64,000 nt of DNA. It comes from an uncultured Nitrospinota bacterium. GTDB lineage: Bacteria > Tectomicrobia > Entotheonellia > J063 > CAVPRW01. Below are positions 1-10,247 of this stretch, piece after piece. The stretch lies in contig CAVPRW010000021.1 of NCBI GenBank assembly GCA_963707985.1, positions 1-64,000 on the forward strand, in the 5' to 3' direction. Every line of letters begins with the position of its first letter. The first letter of the stretch is position 1. The notes under the pieces were generated by a model. It did no database searches and was not told the origin of the DNA. It saw only the letters and a program-made list of their open reading frames with translations. Made by a program: the position numbers and the translations under genes.

Positions 1-2369
1 CGATCCGTTCCCTCGAAATGACGTGATCCGTCAGGGATGAGGGGCTTGGACCGTTGAGGTCTTTGATAACTTGGGTTCTGTAGAGGTGGCATTCCTCTCT
101 TCTTGATGCAAGGATGATGCACGTTCCCCACGGCTGCGACTGACTCTCAACGCCGTGCAGCGGGAACGAAAGGCGGTCACGCTGAGCCCACCTGCGAATC
201 CCGCCGAGCACAGTTGCGCATGGGTAGGCACACGAACTCACGTCTGAATCGTCGTCATGTGAGACAAGCCTACGTGGGATATTGGCTTGGTCCAAAATGG
301 ACATGGGGAAAGGCTGGACAACTCTTCGCTTGATCCAGGATGCATCCCGAAAGTACCCCGGCGACCAGTGAGACCCTACACGTAACGGCAAACAGAACCC
401 AGGAACGGAGTAACTCCCCACCGGCTCTCTGCGATCAATCACCACAGAGCAGGTGTCAACCGTATGCTGGTGAGGAAAGGGATTGTCTCAGAAGCGAATG
501 CCCGTGGGAAAGCCACGGGATAAGCTGACGGGGACACGGCAACGTGGAAGGTAGAGGTACGAGTAGAAGCCAACACGCCATGGACACGGTCGCCTTAGCA
601 CCGATGGATGGATGGAACACGATTCCCTGGAAACGCCTCCAGCGGACGGTGTTCAAGCTTCAAAAGCGCATCTACCGAGCCTCACGTCGTGGGGATGTCA
701 CAGCAGTGCGTAAACTCCAACGCCTCTTGATACGCTCCCGGTCAGCACGGTTACTCGCCGTACGGAAGGTGACACAAGAGAATCAAGGCAAGAAGACCGC
801 GGGCGTCGATGGGGTGAAGTCCTTGACGCCACCCCAAAGACTCGCGCTAGCCGACACCTTGAAACTTGGGAACAAGGTCAAGCCGGTGCGGCGGGTCTGG
901 ATCCCCAAACCCGACACCACCGAGCAAAGGCCCCTAGGCATCCCCGTGATGGCAGACCGTGCGCTTCAAGCCTTGGTCAAAGCCGTGCTTGAGCCCGAAT
1001 GGGAAGCGCGCTTTGAAGCCAACAGCTATGGCTTTCGACCGGGGAGGTCCTGTCACGATGCGATCGAAGCCATTTTCACGGCCATTGGCCATAAAGCCAA
1101 ATACGCCCTAGACGCCGACATCGCAAAATGCTTCGACCGGATCGATCATTCAGCGCTCCTCACCAAAGTCCACACTAGCCCCAGCCTCCGCCGACAACTG
1201 AAGGCGTGGCTCACAGCGGGCGTGCTCGATGACGGCCAGTTATTTCCGACCGAAGCAGGCACCATGCAAGGGGGAAATATCTCACCGTTATTAGCCAACA
1301 TCGCCCTACACGGCCTAGAGACTGTCATCGTCGAGAAGTTCCCACGCAGCGGAAGCCGAGGGTTTAACGCACCCAATGTCATACGCTACGCCGATGATTT
1401 CGTGATCTTGCACGAGAAGCTCGAGGTCGTCAAGCGATGCCAGGAGGTGGCCACAGAGTGGCTGAAAGAGATGGGACTCGAACTGAAGCCCAGCAAGACG
1501 CGGATCACCCACACCCTGGCCATGCCCGAGGGCAAACCGGGGTTCGACTTCCTCGGCTTTCACATCCGACAATACCCAGTCGGGAGAACCAAGTCTGGGA
1601 AGGACTGCCGGGGACGCTTGCATGGCTTCAAAACGCGCATCAAGCCCAGCAAAGGGGCTATCCAGAGGCATGTCGAACAGCTCCGCAAGACAATCGACAG
1701 CCATAAGCATGTGGATCAACAGGCACTTATAAGGGCGCTGAATCCCGTGATTATCGGTTGGACGTATTACTACGCGCACGTTGTCAGCGCGAAAGTCTTC
1801 CAGAGCCTTGGCCACATGCTCTATGCGATGCTCTGTGCCTGGGCCGTCTACCGTCATCCGAACAAGAAGAAACGTTGGCTCACGAGCAAATACTGGAGAG
1901 TCGACGAGGGGCAAGGGTGGATCTTCCAACCGCCCAACGGCGGCCTCGGGCTGTACCGCCACGCGCACACTCCAATCCGGAGATACGTGAAGGTACAAGG
2001 CTCGCGCAGTCCGTATGACGGAGACTGGGTCTATTGGAGCAGCCGGTTGGGACGCCATCCCGACGTCTCACCGCGAGTCGCTGGCCTGCTGAAGAGACAG
2101 CACGGGAGATGCCGCGCATGCGGGCTGTTCTTCGCCCATGGCGAACCGCTCGAAGTCGATCACATCATCCCCCAAGCTCAAGGGGGGCGGGATGTGATTG
2201 ACAACCGACAACTCCTCCATAGACACTGCCACGATGTCAAGACGGCCAGAGACCATGGCCGGAAAGGTCCGTAGGACAAACGCCACGTTGCAGAGGAGCC
2301 GGATGAACGGAAACGTTCACGTCCGGTTTTGTAGCCGAGCCGGAATGGCGACATTCCGGCTTAGGCAGC
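1..2369 (+). mobile_element. Group II intron, chloroplast-like (CL/IIB); inner intron, 5' end probably clipped by the window edge
   Basis: The window opens with CGATCCGTT, fitting (GTG)CGAYYCGTT. Domain V GGAGCCGGATGAACGGAAACGTTCACGTCCGGTTTT lies at 2295-2330. Domain VI hairpin at 2334-2366 has a bulged A at 2363. Contains an RT ORF. Confidence 0.9.
580..2274 (+). CDS. ltrA: Group II intron reverse transcriptase/maturase with C-terminal HNH endonuclease
   Basis: RVT_N-like WNTIPWKRLQRTVFKLQKRIY, TAGVDG, RPLGIP, YGFRPGRS, GTMQGG, YADD; HNH region CRAC...EVDHII...NRQLLHRHCH. Start could be 544, 580 or 604. Confidence 0.95.
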   Translation: MDTVALAPMDGWNTIPWKRLQRTVFKLQKRIYRASRRGDVTAVRKLQRLLIRSRSARLLAVRKVTQENQGKKTAGVDGVKSLTPPQRLALADTLKLGNKVKPVRRVWIPKPDTTEQRPLGIPVMADRALQALVKAVLEPEWEARFEANSYGFRPGRSCHDAIEAIFTAIGHKAKYALDADIAKCFDRIDHSALLTKVHTSPSLRRQLKAWLTAGVLDDGQLFPTEAGTMQGGNISPLLANIALHGLETVIVEKFPRSGSRGFNAPNVIRYADDFVILHEKLEVVKRCQEVATEWLKEMGLELKPSKTRITHTLAMPEGKPGFDFLGFHIRQYPVGRTKSGKDCRGRLHGFKTRIKPSKGAIQRHVEQLRKTIDSHKHVDQQALIRALNPVIIGWTYYYAHVVSAKVFQSLGHMLYAMLCAWAVYRHPNKKKRWLTSKYWRVDEGQGWIFQPPNGGLGLYRHAHTPIRRYVKVQGSRSPYDGDWVYWSSRLGRHPDVSPRVAGLLKRQHGRCRACGLFFAHGEPLEVDHIIPQAQGGRDVIDNRQLLHRHCHDVKTARDHGRKGP

Positions 2370-3678
2370 GGGCGGACCGGAAGACGCAGCCTGCACAGGA
2401 AACATCGCCCGAACATGAAGGATCGGACCCACCATGCCAACCTCCCTGCAGGGGATAGCGAAGAAGGCCGCAAGTCAACAGGGGTATCGGTTCCGTAACC
2501 TCTACGGGATGCTCGACGAGGACTTTCTGAAGCAGTGCTGGCGCGACATCCGCCAGGATGCCGCCGCTGGGGTGGATCAGGTGAGCGCTCAAGCCTACGA
2601 GCAGCACCTGGACGAGAACCTCCACCGCCTCGTGGAGCGCCTGAAGCAGAAACGGTACCGCGCCAAACTCGTCAGACGACACTATCTTCCCAAAGGAGAT
2701 GGCACGCAGCGTCCCCTGGGAATCCCCGCCGTGGAAGACACGCTCCTGCAGCTGGCGGTGGCGCGTCTCCTCGAAGCCATCTACGAGCAGGACTTCCGAC
2801 GCTGTAGCTACGGGTATCGTCCGCAGGTTGGCGCTCTGGAGGCGGTCGACACACTGACCATCAAGCTCCAATTTGGACGCTACGCGTGGGTGGTAGAAGC
2901 GGACATCAAAAAGTTCTTCGAGACCATCGATCATGACTGGATGGTGCGGATGCTGGCGGAACGGATTGATGACGGCGCACTACTGCGGTTGATTCGGAAG
3001 TGGCTGAAGGCCGGAGTGCTGGACACAGACGGCACGGTGCTCCACCCGGTGACTGGGACCCCGCAAGGGGGCACGGTTTCACCAATCCTGGCCCATGTGT
3101 TCCTGCACTACGCGCTTGATCTGTGGTTCGAAAAAGTGGTCAAACAGCACTGTCGAGGCGAAACGTGTCTGATCCGCTACGCGGACGATTTCGTGTGCGC
3201 GTTTGAAGACCAAGCAGACGCGGAACGCTTCTACAACGTGCTGGGGCAACGGCTGGAGAAATTCGGACTGGAGCTGTCAGGCGCCAAGACACGGATCATC
3301 CCGTTCAGTCGGCACCGACAGGCAGGAAAAACGAGCTTCGAGTTTCTGGGGTTCGAGTTTCGGTGGGGAAAGGATCGCAAGGGGAGAGATCACCTCAAAC
3401 GCCTGAAAGAGTTCTTCAACAAAGCCATACGGCTTTTGCTGAAGTGGCTCAATCGGCGTAGCCAACGCCACCGTTATACCTGGCCAGGCTATACCGCAGT
3501 ACTGGAGCGCTTCAAAGTTGCCCGACCACGGATCGTTGGACGACTCAAGACGAGACAGGCAGCCCTCTAGACCTCAGCCGACTTGCGGAAGCGAGTCTTC
3601 CTGAAGAGCCCGGTGCGAGAAAACCGCACGCCGGGATCTGTGCGGGGGCGGTCAGGTAACTGGCCGTCCTACCGCGAT
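2370..3678 (+). mobile_element. 3' part of a second (outer) group II intron, domains IV-VI
   Basis: Domain V AGAGCCCGGTGCGAGAAAACCGCACGCCGGGATCT at 3605-3639. Domain VI at 3642-3675 with bulged A at 3671; ends CCTACCGCGAT at 3678. Only ~64 nt separate the end of the first intron from this ORF, too little for domains I-III. Confidence 0.85.
2434..3570 (+). CDS. ltrA: Group II intron RT/maturase without endonuclease; probable in-frame thumb-domain deletion
   Basis: AAGVD, RPLGIP, YGYRP, GTPQGG, YALDLWFE, YADD, FLGF, WLNRRSQ. No NxxLRGxxxYY thumb motif between FLGF and WLNRRSQ. Confidence 0.9.
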   Translation: MPTSLQGIAKKAASQQGYRFRNLYGMLDEDFLKQCWRDIRQDAAAGVDQVSAQAYEQHLDENLHRLVERLKQKRYRAKLVRRHYLPKGDGTQRPLGIPAVEDTLLQLAVARLLEAIYEQDFRRCSYGYRPQVGALEAVDTLTIKLQFGRYAWVVEADIKKFFETIDHDWMVRMLAERIDDGALLRLIRKWLKAGVLDTDGTVLHPVTGTPQGGTVSPILAHVFLHYALDLWFEKVVKQHCRGETCLIRYADDFVCAFEDQADAERFYNVLGQRLEKFGLELSGAKTRIIPFSRHRQAGKTSFEFLGFEFRWGKDRKGRDHLKRLKEFFNKAIRLLLKWLNRRSQRHRYTWPGYTAVLERFKVARPRIVGRLKTRQAAL

Positions 3679-3789
3679 GGCATTGCGATACACAGTGTGA
3701 CGCCATTCAGCGAGCCCCCATGAGCTGGCGGAATTCCCCACCGATGTGAAGGAAGTCATGGCCATATTCGTGCCCTGCGGTTCGATAAT

Positions 3790-6149
3790 TTATGCTCCCA
3801 CCGAGACGATGCGCTCTGAAGCCTCGGTGGCACGCGTCCTCAGGCTCTCAACAGCCTTCAGGATCGCCTCGGCGGTGGCAGGCGCGTTAAGCGGTGGGTT
3901 GACCGCGTAATGCGCTATGCTCGCCACCGCATCGCGGATCGCAAAGAATACTGAGAATGACAGGAGAAGTGGTGGCTCGCCGACTGCCTTCGAGCGCAGG
4001 ATGGTATCCTCGTGGTTGTCGTTCTTGAACAGGCGCACGCGGAAGTCCGTTGGGCTGTCGTTCACCGCGGGAATCTTGTAGGTGGAGGGTGCGGACGTCA
4101 TCAGCTTGCCTTCCGTGTTCCACCACAGTTCTTCGAGGGTGAGCCATCCCATGCCCTGGATGTAGGCGCCCTCGATCTGCCCGATGTCGATGGCAGGGTT
4201 GATCGAATTACCTGCGTCATGCAACAAGTCAGCGCGCACAAGCTTCCACTCGCCGGTCAGTGTGTCCACAATGCACTTCCGAGACTGCTGCCCCATAGGC
4301 GTAGTAGAAGCACGGTCGGCCGTTCAGGGTAAGCTGGTCCCAGTGGATCTTGGGCGTGGCATAGTGCCCGTCCGACCAGAGTTGGACACGGGCGTTGTGG
4401 GCGTCCTGCACCAGGTCGGCAAATGCGACCGAGTGGCCGGTGACGGTGACGGTGTCGTTCGCGAAGCACACCTCCTCAGGGGCTGCCGCCATAGGTCTCG
4501 GAGGCAAACTGTGCCAGGCGTGCGCGGATCTGGCGCGCGGCGTCCTGTGCCGCCTTCCCATTCAGGTCTGCGCCAGTGGACGCGGCAGTGGCCGACGTGT
4601 TGGGAACTTTGCTGGTGTCGGCAGCGGTGGCGCGCACATGCTTCAGACTGACGCCAAGCTCGCGCGCAACTACCTGCGCCACCTTGGTGTTGAGCCCCTG
4701 CCCCATCTCGGTGCCGCCATGGTTGACCAGTACCGAGCCATCGGTATAAACATGTACGAGTGCGCTGGCCTGATTGAGCTGCACCATATTAAACGAAATG
4801 CCGAACTTGACTGGTGTCAATGCGATGCCCTTCTTCAGCACCGGACTCGTACCGTTGAAGGCGCATATCACCTCACGGCGGCGGCGGTATGCGCTCGAGG
4901 CTTCCAGCTCGGCCACGAGCTCATGGATCACGTTATCCTCGACTTTTTGGCCATAGGGCGTCACGTCGCGCTCATCCATGCCGTAGAAGTTGAGCTTGCG
5001 TACGTCGAGAGGATCGCGTCCGATCGTACGTGCGATGTTATCGATGATGTACTCGATCGCGATTGCGCCTTGCGGCCCGCCGAAACCTCGAAACGCGGTG
5101 TTCGACTGGGTATTGGTCCTAACCGCCATGGCCTTGATGTCGACATCGGAGAGGTAATAGGCGTTGTCGAAGTGGCACAGGGCACGAGTAGCGACCGGGC
5201 CGGAGTAGTCGGCGGAGAAGCCCGCTCGCGCGACCATCTCGACCTGTGCGCCAAGGATGCGTCCCTCGGCGTTGAAGCCCACCTCGTATTCGTAATAGAA
5301 GTCGTGCCGCTTGCCCGTGATCATCATGTCGTCGTCGCGATCCAGGCGGAGCTTGACAGGCCGCTTCAGCAGCTGGGCGGCGACTGACGCGACGCAGGCG
5401 AACAGCGCTGATTGCGATTCCTTGCCCCCAAAGCCGCCTCCCAGGCGGGGTACTTCGCACACCACTTGGTGTGCGCGCAAGTTGAGTGCGTGGCAGACCC
5501 TGTGCTGCATTTCGGTCGGGTGCTGCGTCGAGCAGTACAAATGGATGCCGTTATCCTCTTTCGGGACGGCGTACGAGATCTGGCCCTCGAGATAGAACTG
5601 CTCTTGGCCGCCGACGGAGAACTCGCCCTTCAGTCTATGCGGCGCGCTGGCGATCGCCCGCGCAGGATCACCGCGCGTGAGATGCAGGGGCGGCGCGGCG
5701 AAAGACTGCCGACGCTTGGCCTCCTGAGCAGTGAGGACAGCCGGCAGCTCCTCATAGCTCATCTTCACTTGGCGTGCAGCACGTCGGGCGGCATCATACG
5801 ACTGCGCGATCACGGCGAATATCGGCTGGCCGACATACTGCACAACCCCCTCGGCAAAGATCGGATCGTCGTGGACGATGGGGCCGCAGTTATTCTCGCC
5901 AGGAATGTCTTTTGCCGTCAGCACCGCTACCACACCCGGCGCAGTATGCACGGTGGAGAAGTCAATGGACCTGATCATCGCGTGCGCATAGTGCGACAGG
6001 CCCAGGGCAGCATGCAACGTGCCCGCCAGCTCCGGGATGTCATCGATATAGGTTGCCTCACCCGACACGTGCAAGTGTGCCGATTGGTGCGGATACGACG
6101 TATTATGCACGCGAGGTTCGGAGGCGTTACGTTCCGCTAGCCGATTCAT
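3790..6149 (-). CDS. xdhB: Xanthine dehydrogenase molybdopterin-binding subunit (two frameshifts, near 4490 and 4275)
   Basis: ORFs 4476-6149, 4229-4561 and 3790-4296 join into one protein: GGQEQFYLE, GGGFGGKESQ, AFRGFGGPQG, GGTEMGQGL, GQIEGAYIQG, KAVGEPPL. Confidence 0.92.
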
Positions 6150-6157
6150 AGGTCCTC

Positions 6158-7655
6158 CTACGCCGTGGCGAAAACGCTAACGCTGGCCGGCGGTAAGGGG
6201 TTGCCGGGCCGCGTCTCGAGGTAGAAGCGTTCGAGCAGGTTCTGTGCCACCGTCATTCGATACTCAGCGCTAGCTCGCATATCGGTCGAGCGGCGTGTAA
6301 TCGGTCGCGAGCGCGGTCATAGCGGCACGTAGCGTCGCCTCGGTCCAAGGTTGACCCGCGAGCGCCGCCTCAGCACGGCTGGCCCGCTTCGGTGTGGCCG
6401 CCATACCACCGAATGCCACGCGAGCCTCTACGATCGTGCCCTTATCGACCTTGATGGCAAACGCAGCACACACCGTCGAGATGTCGGAATCGTACCGTTT
6501 GGAAACCTTGTAGGTGCGGAATTGCAGCCACGGAGAAGGCAAAGGCACTTCAATCGCTGCCACAACCTCATCTGGTTGCATCACCGTGTGCATGTATGCG
6601 ACATAGAGGTCTTCCATCGGTAGCACTCGCGAGCGCTCATTGTTACACAGCACGACGCGGGCACCGAGGGCGATCAGACCTGGCATCGAATCGCCGATCG
6701 GCGACCCGTTAGCCACGTTGCCGCCCAGCGTGCCGGCGTTGCGGATGGGCACCGACGCAAAGCGCTCCCAGATGCCGGTCAACTGTGGATAGTGCTTGGC
6801 CAGCTCAGCATAACTGTCACTCAGCGACACCCCGGCACCGATGTGAAGCATGCCCGCCTCTTCGCGAATCTCTTTGAGCTCAGCCACTTGGCCGGTGAAC
6901 ACGATGTCGCCGAGAGCGCGAAACTGCTTGGTCACCCACAAGCCTACATCCGTGCCGCCGGCCAGGATAGTCGAACGGGGATAGGCGGCCCGCAGGTGGG
7001 TGAGCTCGGCCAGTGACCGTGGAGCATAGAAGCGCTGATCCATGTATGTATACATGAGCGACTCGCGGCGCTGGAGGGACTTGAGTGTAGCGCGGAGCGC
7101 CTCGCGATCGAAAGCCACAGTGGGCAGATCGAACATCTTCTCCCCGGCTTCGAGGATCGGACGATAGCCCGTGCAGCGGCATAAGTTGCCAGAGAGGGCG
7201 GTACGGATCTGGGCTTGAGTCGGGCGGCTACCCTGCTGGAGGTGTTCGAGATAGAGCGGCCATAGAGACATGACAAAGCCGGGCGTGCAGAACCCACATT
7301 GGGAACCGTGAGACGCGACCATCGCCGCCTGCACGGGATGCAGGCAGCCGTCGGGTTGGCGCAGGTGCTCTATCGTGAACAACGCTTTGCCGTCGAGGGT
7401 GGGCACAAATTGAAGGCAGGCATTGACCGGTTTTAGTTCGAGTTGATTGCCATGTAGTTCCCCTATGACTACGGTGCAAGCACCGCAGTCTCCCTCGGCA
7501 CACCCCTCTTTCGTGCCGGTCTTGCGCAGGTCCTCGCGCAGGAAATTGAGCACCATCTTGGTCGGGTTGATATCGCGAACCGCCGTGACCTCTCCGTTCA
7601 ATGCAAACTGGATACTGTCGCCGGCCGCTGGTGGCTTGTGTGTAATCGATGGCAT
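6158..7655 (-). CDS. xdhA: Xanthine dehydrogenase small subunit (2Fe-2S + FAD); frameshift near 6288
   Basis: GTKEGCAEGDCGACTV, SQCGFCTPG, GNLCRCTGY, AGGTD. The C-terminus DMRASAEYR...LERFYLET continues in another frame to a stop at 6158. Confidence 0.92.
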
Positions 7656-7757
7656 GGGAAGTTGCTCCTTCGCGCACGAGAGATAGCGCCACCGCCCATT
7701 CACCTCATTTGGGTTTGTTGATACAGCTTCCAGGAATGGACTGATACCGATACACGA

Positions 7758-8924
7758 TCACCGTGGGGGAGAGATCGCTGCGGCGCACTGATTCGGCCCC
7801 AGTTCTGCCTCGGTGGCATGCTCGGCGTCGAGAACAATGCGTCCCAGGTTTGCACGTCTGATTTCCCGATAGATGGAAGGCTGGGCGGGCAGACGCCCCA
7901 GGACATACTCCAGAAATTGCGCTTCGGTTCGGCGCTCAAAGACCGGATTCCGTTGGCGCGCTTCCCCCAGCGTCGTCGCCACGATCCCATCTGGGCGCAT
8001 TTCTGTGATGTCGGAGTAATGGGCCGGTAAGATCAGGACATCATCCGGGAGTAATGCAATACGGTCGAACAAGGTGTGATATAAGAGATGGGCCCACTCC
8101 TCAGCTTTGTCGCCCAAGTCTGGGCGGCCGATGCTGCTCACAAACAGAGTATCGCCGGTCAAAAGGTAGTAGTCATTTACCAGCAACGACGTGCTTCCAG
8201 GCGTATGGCCGGGGGTGTGAAGTGCGATGATTTCCACTACGCTCGATCCCAAGGCCAAACGGGCACCATCCTCCAGCGGGAGATATGGAAACTGCGCCCC
8301 CGCGGCGTCATCGAGGCGAATATGGTAAGGTATTCCCAAAGTGCGAGTGAGCTGTGGTCCACCTGAGAGGTGATCGGCGTGCAGATGCGTGTCGATAACG
8401 CGGCTGAGGTGTGATTGCTGCGTTTGTGCGAGGGAGGTGTACCAGTCGAGGTAGCGGGCTGGGTCGATCACCAGGGCCTCGTCGTCGGAGATGATAACGT
8501 AGGACAAGCAACGCTTGCTGACGCGATTGATCTGGAAGAGAGTGACCGCTGACTCCTGTGGTGAAGCCACACGACTGGTCACGTATAAATCACCCCAGGC
8601 GATCATTCCCCCCTGTAAATTGCGGGCGCGGATGCCGTGTTGGGACAAGATCGATGCCACGAACGCGGACGATCCTCCCTTGGCACAGACCACCGTCACA
8701 TCACGCCCGTGAGGGACTCTGTCAAGGCATTCCGCCTCATCCTCCAGGAATGTAAAATAGGGGAGGTTGAGCAGGGAGTGTGACGGCACGCCCTCGATCG
8801 CCCAGTTGGCGAATTCGTCTTCGTTCCGAACGTCGAGAATAAATGGGGGACTGCCGCGGCGTATGTCCTGATAGAGCTCGTCCGGAGTTATCTCCTCAAT
8901 TACTGGGGAGTCGCTCATGAGCAA
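7758..8924 (-). CDS. Rhodanese + MBL-fold persulfide dioxygenase-like fusion protein
   Basis: N-terminal rhodanese (LDVRNEDEF, VVCAKGGSS); MBL motifs THLHADH, HTPGHT, TGDTLF, GRPDL. Confidence 0.85.
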   Translation of the reverse strand: MLMSDSPVIEEITPDELYQDIRRGSPPFILDVRNEDEFANWAIEGVPSHSLLNLPYFTFLEDEAECLDRVPHGRDVTVVCAKGGSSAFVASILSQHGIRARNLQGGMIAWGDLYVTSRVASPQESAVTLFQINRVSKRCLSYVIISDDEALVIDPARYLDWYTSLAQTQQSHLSRVIDTHLHADHLSGGPQLTRTLGIPYHIRLDDAAGAQFPYLPLEDGARLALGSSVVEIIALHTPGHTPGSTSLLVNDYYLLTGDTLFVSSIGRPDLGDKAEEWAHLLYHTLFDRIALLPDDVLILPAHYSDITEMRPDGIVATTLGEARQRNPVFERRTEAQFLEYVLGRLPAQPSIYREIRRANLGRIVLDAEHATEAELGPNQCAAAISPPR

Positions 8925-8981
8925 CCTCCACTGGGGAATATTCTCTACCCATGTCTGTGAGGATGGCGTGCCGGGTTGCCG

Positions 8982-10136
8982 TCACCGATAGGGTAAGAAC
9001 TCCCGTCCAAATAATTCCCGTGCTATAACGATTTTCGATACTTGCGCCGTACCATCACCGATCTCCAGGCCAATGACATCGCGCAACCGCTGTTCCAGTG
9101 GCAAATCCTGGGTATAGCCATAATGACCGTGCAGCAGAAGACAATCGTGGATGGCATCGACCGCAGCCTTTGGGCCCCACCACTTTACCATTGCCGCCTC
9201 TTTGGCGTGCGGAAGTCCTTGATCCCGTAACCATAGGGTGCGGTAACAGAGCCAACGAACCCCTTCCAGCATGGTGGCATGCTCGGCGATAGGAAAGGAG
9301 ACCCCCTCGAATTTCGCCAGCGCACGACCGAAGGCCTGGCGCTGTTTCACATATGCGATGGTTTCATCGAGTGACTGCTCCGCTGCACCGATGCACATCA
9401 GCGCGATGATGACTCGGCTATAGTCAAAGGCGTTCATCACCAAATAAAATCCCTGGCCTTCCGCGCCGATCAGAGCATCCCTCGGGACGCGCACGTCGTC
9501 AAGGAATAGCGATCCGCGCTGAATGGCACGTTCACCCATGTCACACAAGGGAGTTCGGCTGACGCCAGGGAGGTTGGTGGGCACCAGAAACGCACTCACG
9601 CCACGGGCGCCAGCGTCCATGTCGGTCTTAGCAAAAACCACCACGGCTTGGGCGGGCATGACCATGCTGATGCCCGATTTCTCGCCGCTGAGGATATATT
9701 CGTCGCCATGCCGTACAGCCCGTGTCTGCATGCTGGCAGCATCCGAGCCGCCTCCTGTCTCTGTGACCGCAATGGCTACAATATGATCACCACCAGCCAT
9801 CCCCGACAGCCATCTGGACTTTACGCTGTCGTGAGCATGGCGTAGAATTTCCCCGTTAAGGCAATTTTCGATTAACGCATACCCGCAGTTAAAATCGCCG
9901 CGCGCGACCTCTTCTGCGGCAATCCCCGCTGTGATGCAATCGGCCTCCTGTCCTCCATAGGCGTTGGGGATGCAGATACCGGTAATGCCGAGTTGTCCCA
10001 TCTTGCGCCATTGTTCGGCCGGAAACTCGCCGGTGCGATCCCAGTGCGCATACTTCGGGGCCAACTCTTCGAGGGCAAATCTACGCACGACCTGTGCGAA
10101 TTCCTGTTGGGCCTCCGTGAAGGCAAAATCGACCAT
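8982..10136 (-). CDS. Acyl-CoA dehydrogenase, cyclohexanecarboxyl-CoA dehydrogenase (AliB/BadJ)-like
   Basis: AVTETGGGSD, LSGEKSGIS, RQAFGR, HGHYGY, RLRDVIGLEIGDGT. Confidence 0.85.
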   Translation of the reverse strand: MVDFAFTEAQQEFAQVVRRFALEELAPKYAHWDRTGEFPAEQWRKMGQLGITGICIPNAYGGQEADCITAGIAAEEVARGDFNCGYALIENCLNGEILRHAHDSVKSRWLSGMAGGDHIVAIAVTETGGGSDAASMQTRAVRHGDEYILSGEKSGISMVMPAQAVVVFAKTDMDAGARGVSAFLVPTNLPGVSRTPLCDMGERAIQRGSLFLDDVRVPRDALIGAEGQGFYLVMNAFDYSRVIIALMCIGAAEQSLDETIAYVKQRQAFGRALAKFEGVSFPIAEHATMLEGVRWLCYRTLWLRDQGLPHAKEAAMVKWWGPKAAVDAIHDCLLLHGHYGYTQDLPLEQRLRDVIGLEIGDGTAQVSKIVIARELFGREFLPYR

Positions 10137-10247
10137 GCTGACTCCGTTCCGTCACCCCCGCCCGTCCCCCACAGGGAAAGCGCATATTATCCGGGCACCC
10201 AGGCCTAGCAGGGCAGGTGGCTTGAGCGCTCATGGCTTAAACGTCGC

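Noticed and set aside
544..3570. Two adjacent RTs as a retron, DGR or defence RT system
   Set aside because: Each has group II intron protein motifs and its own domain V/VI. I saw no template/variable repeat pair, msr-msd or effector gene.
4395..6140. Long antisense ORFs (e.g. 4395-5387, 5412-6140, 22752-23726, 56584-57618)
   Set aside because: Shadow frames of real genes in GC-rich DNA, with no recognisable domains.
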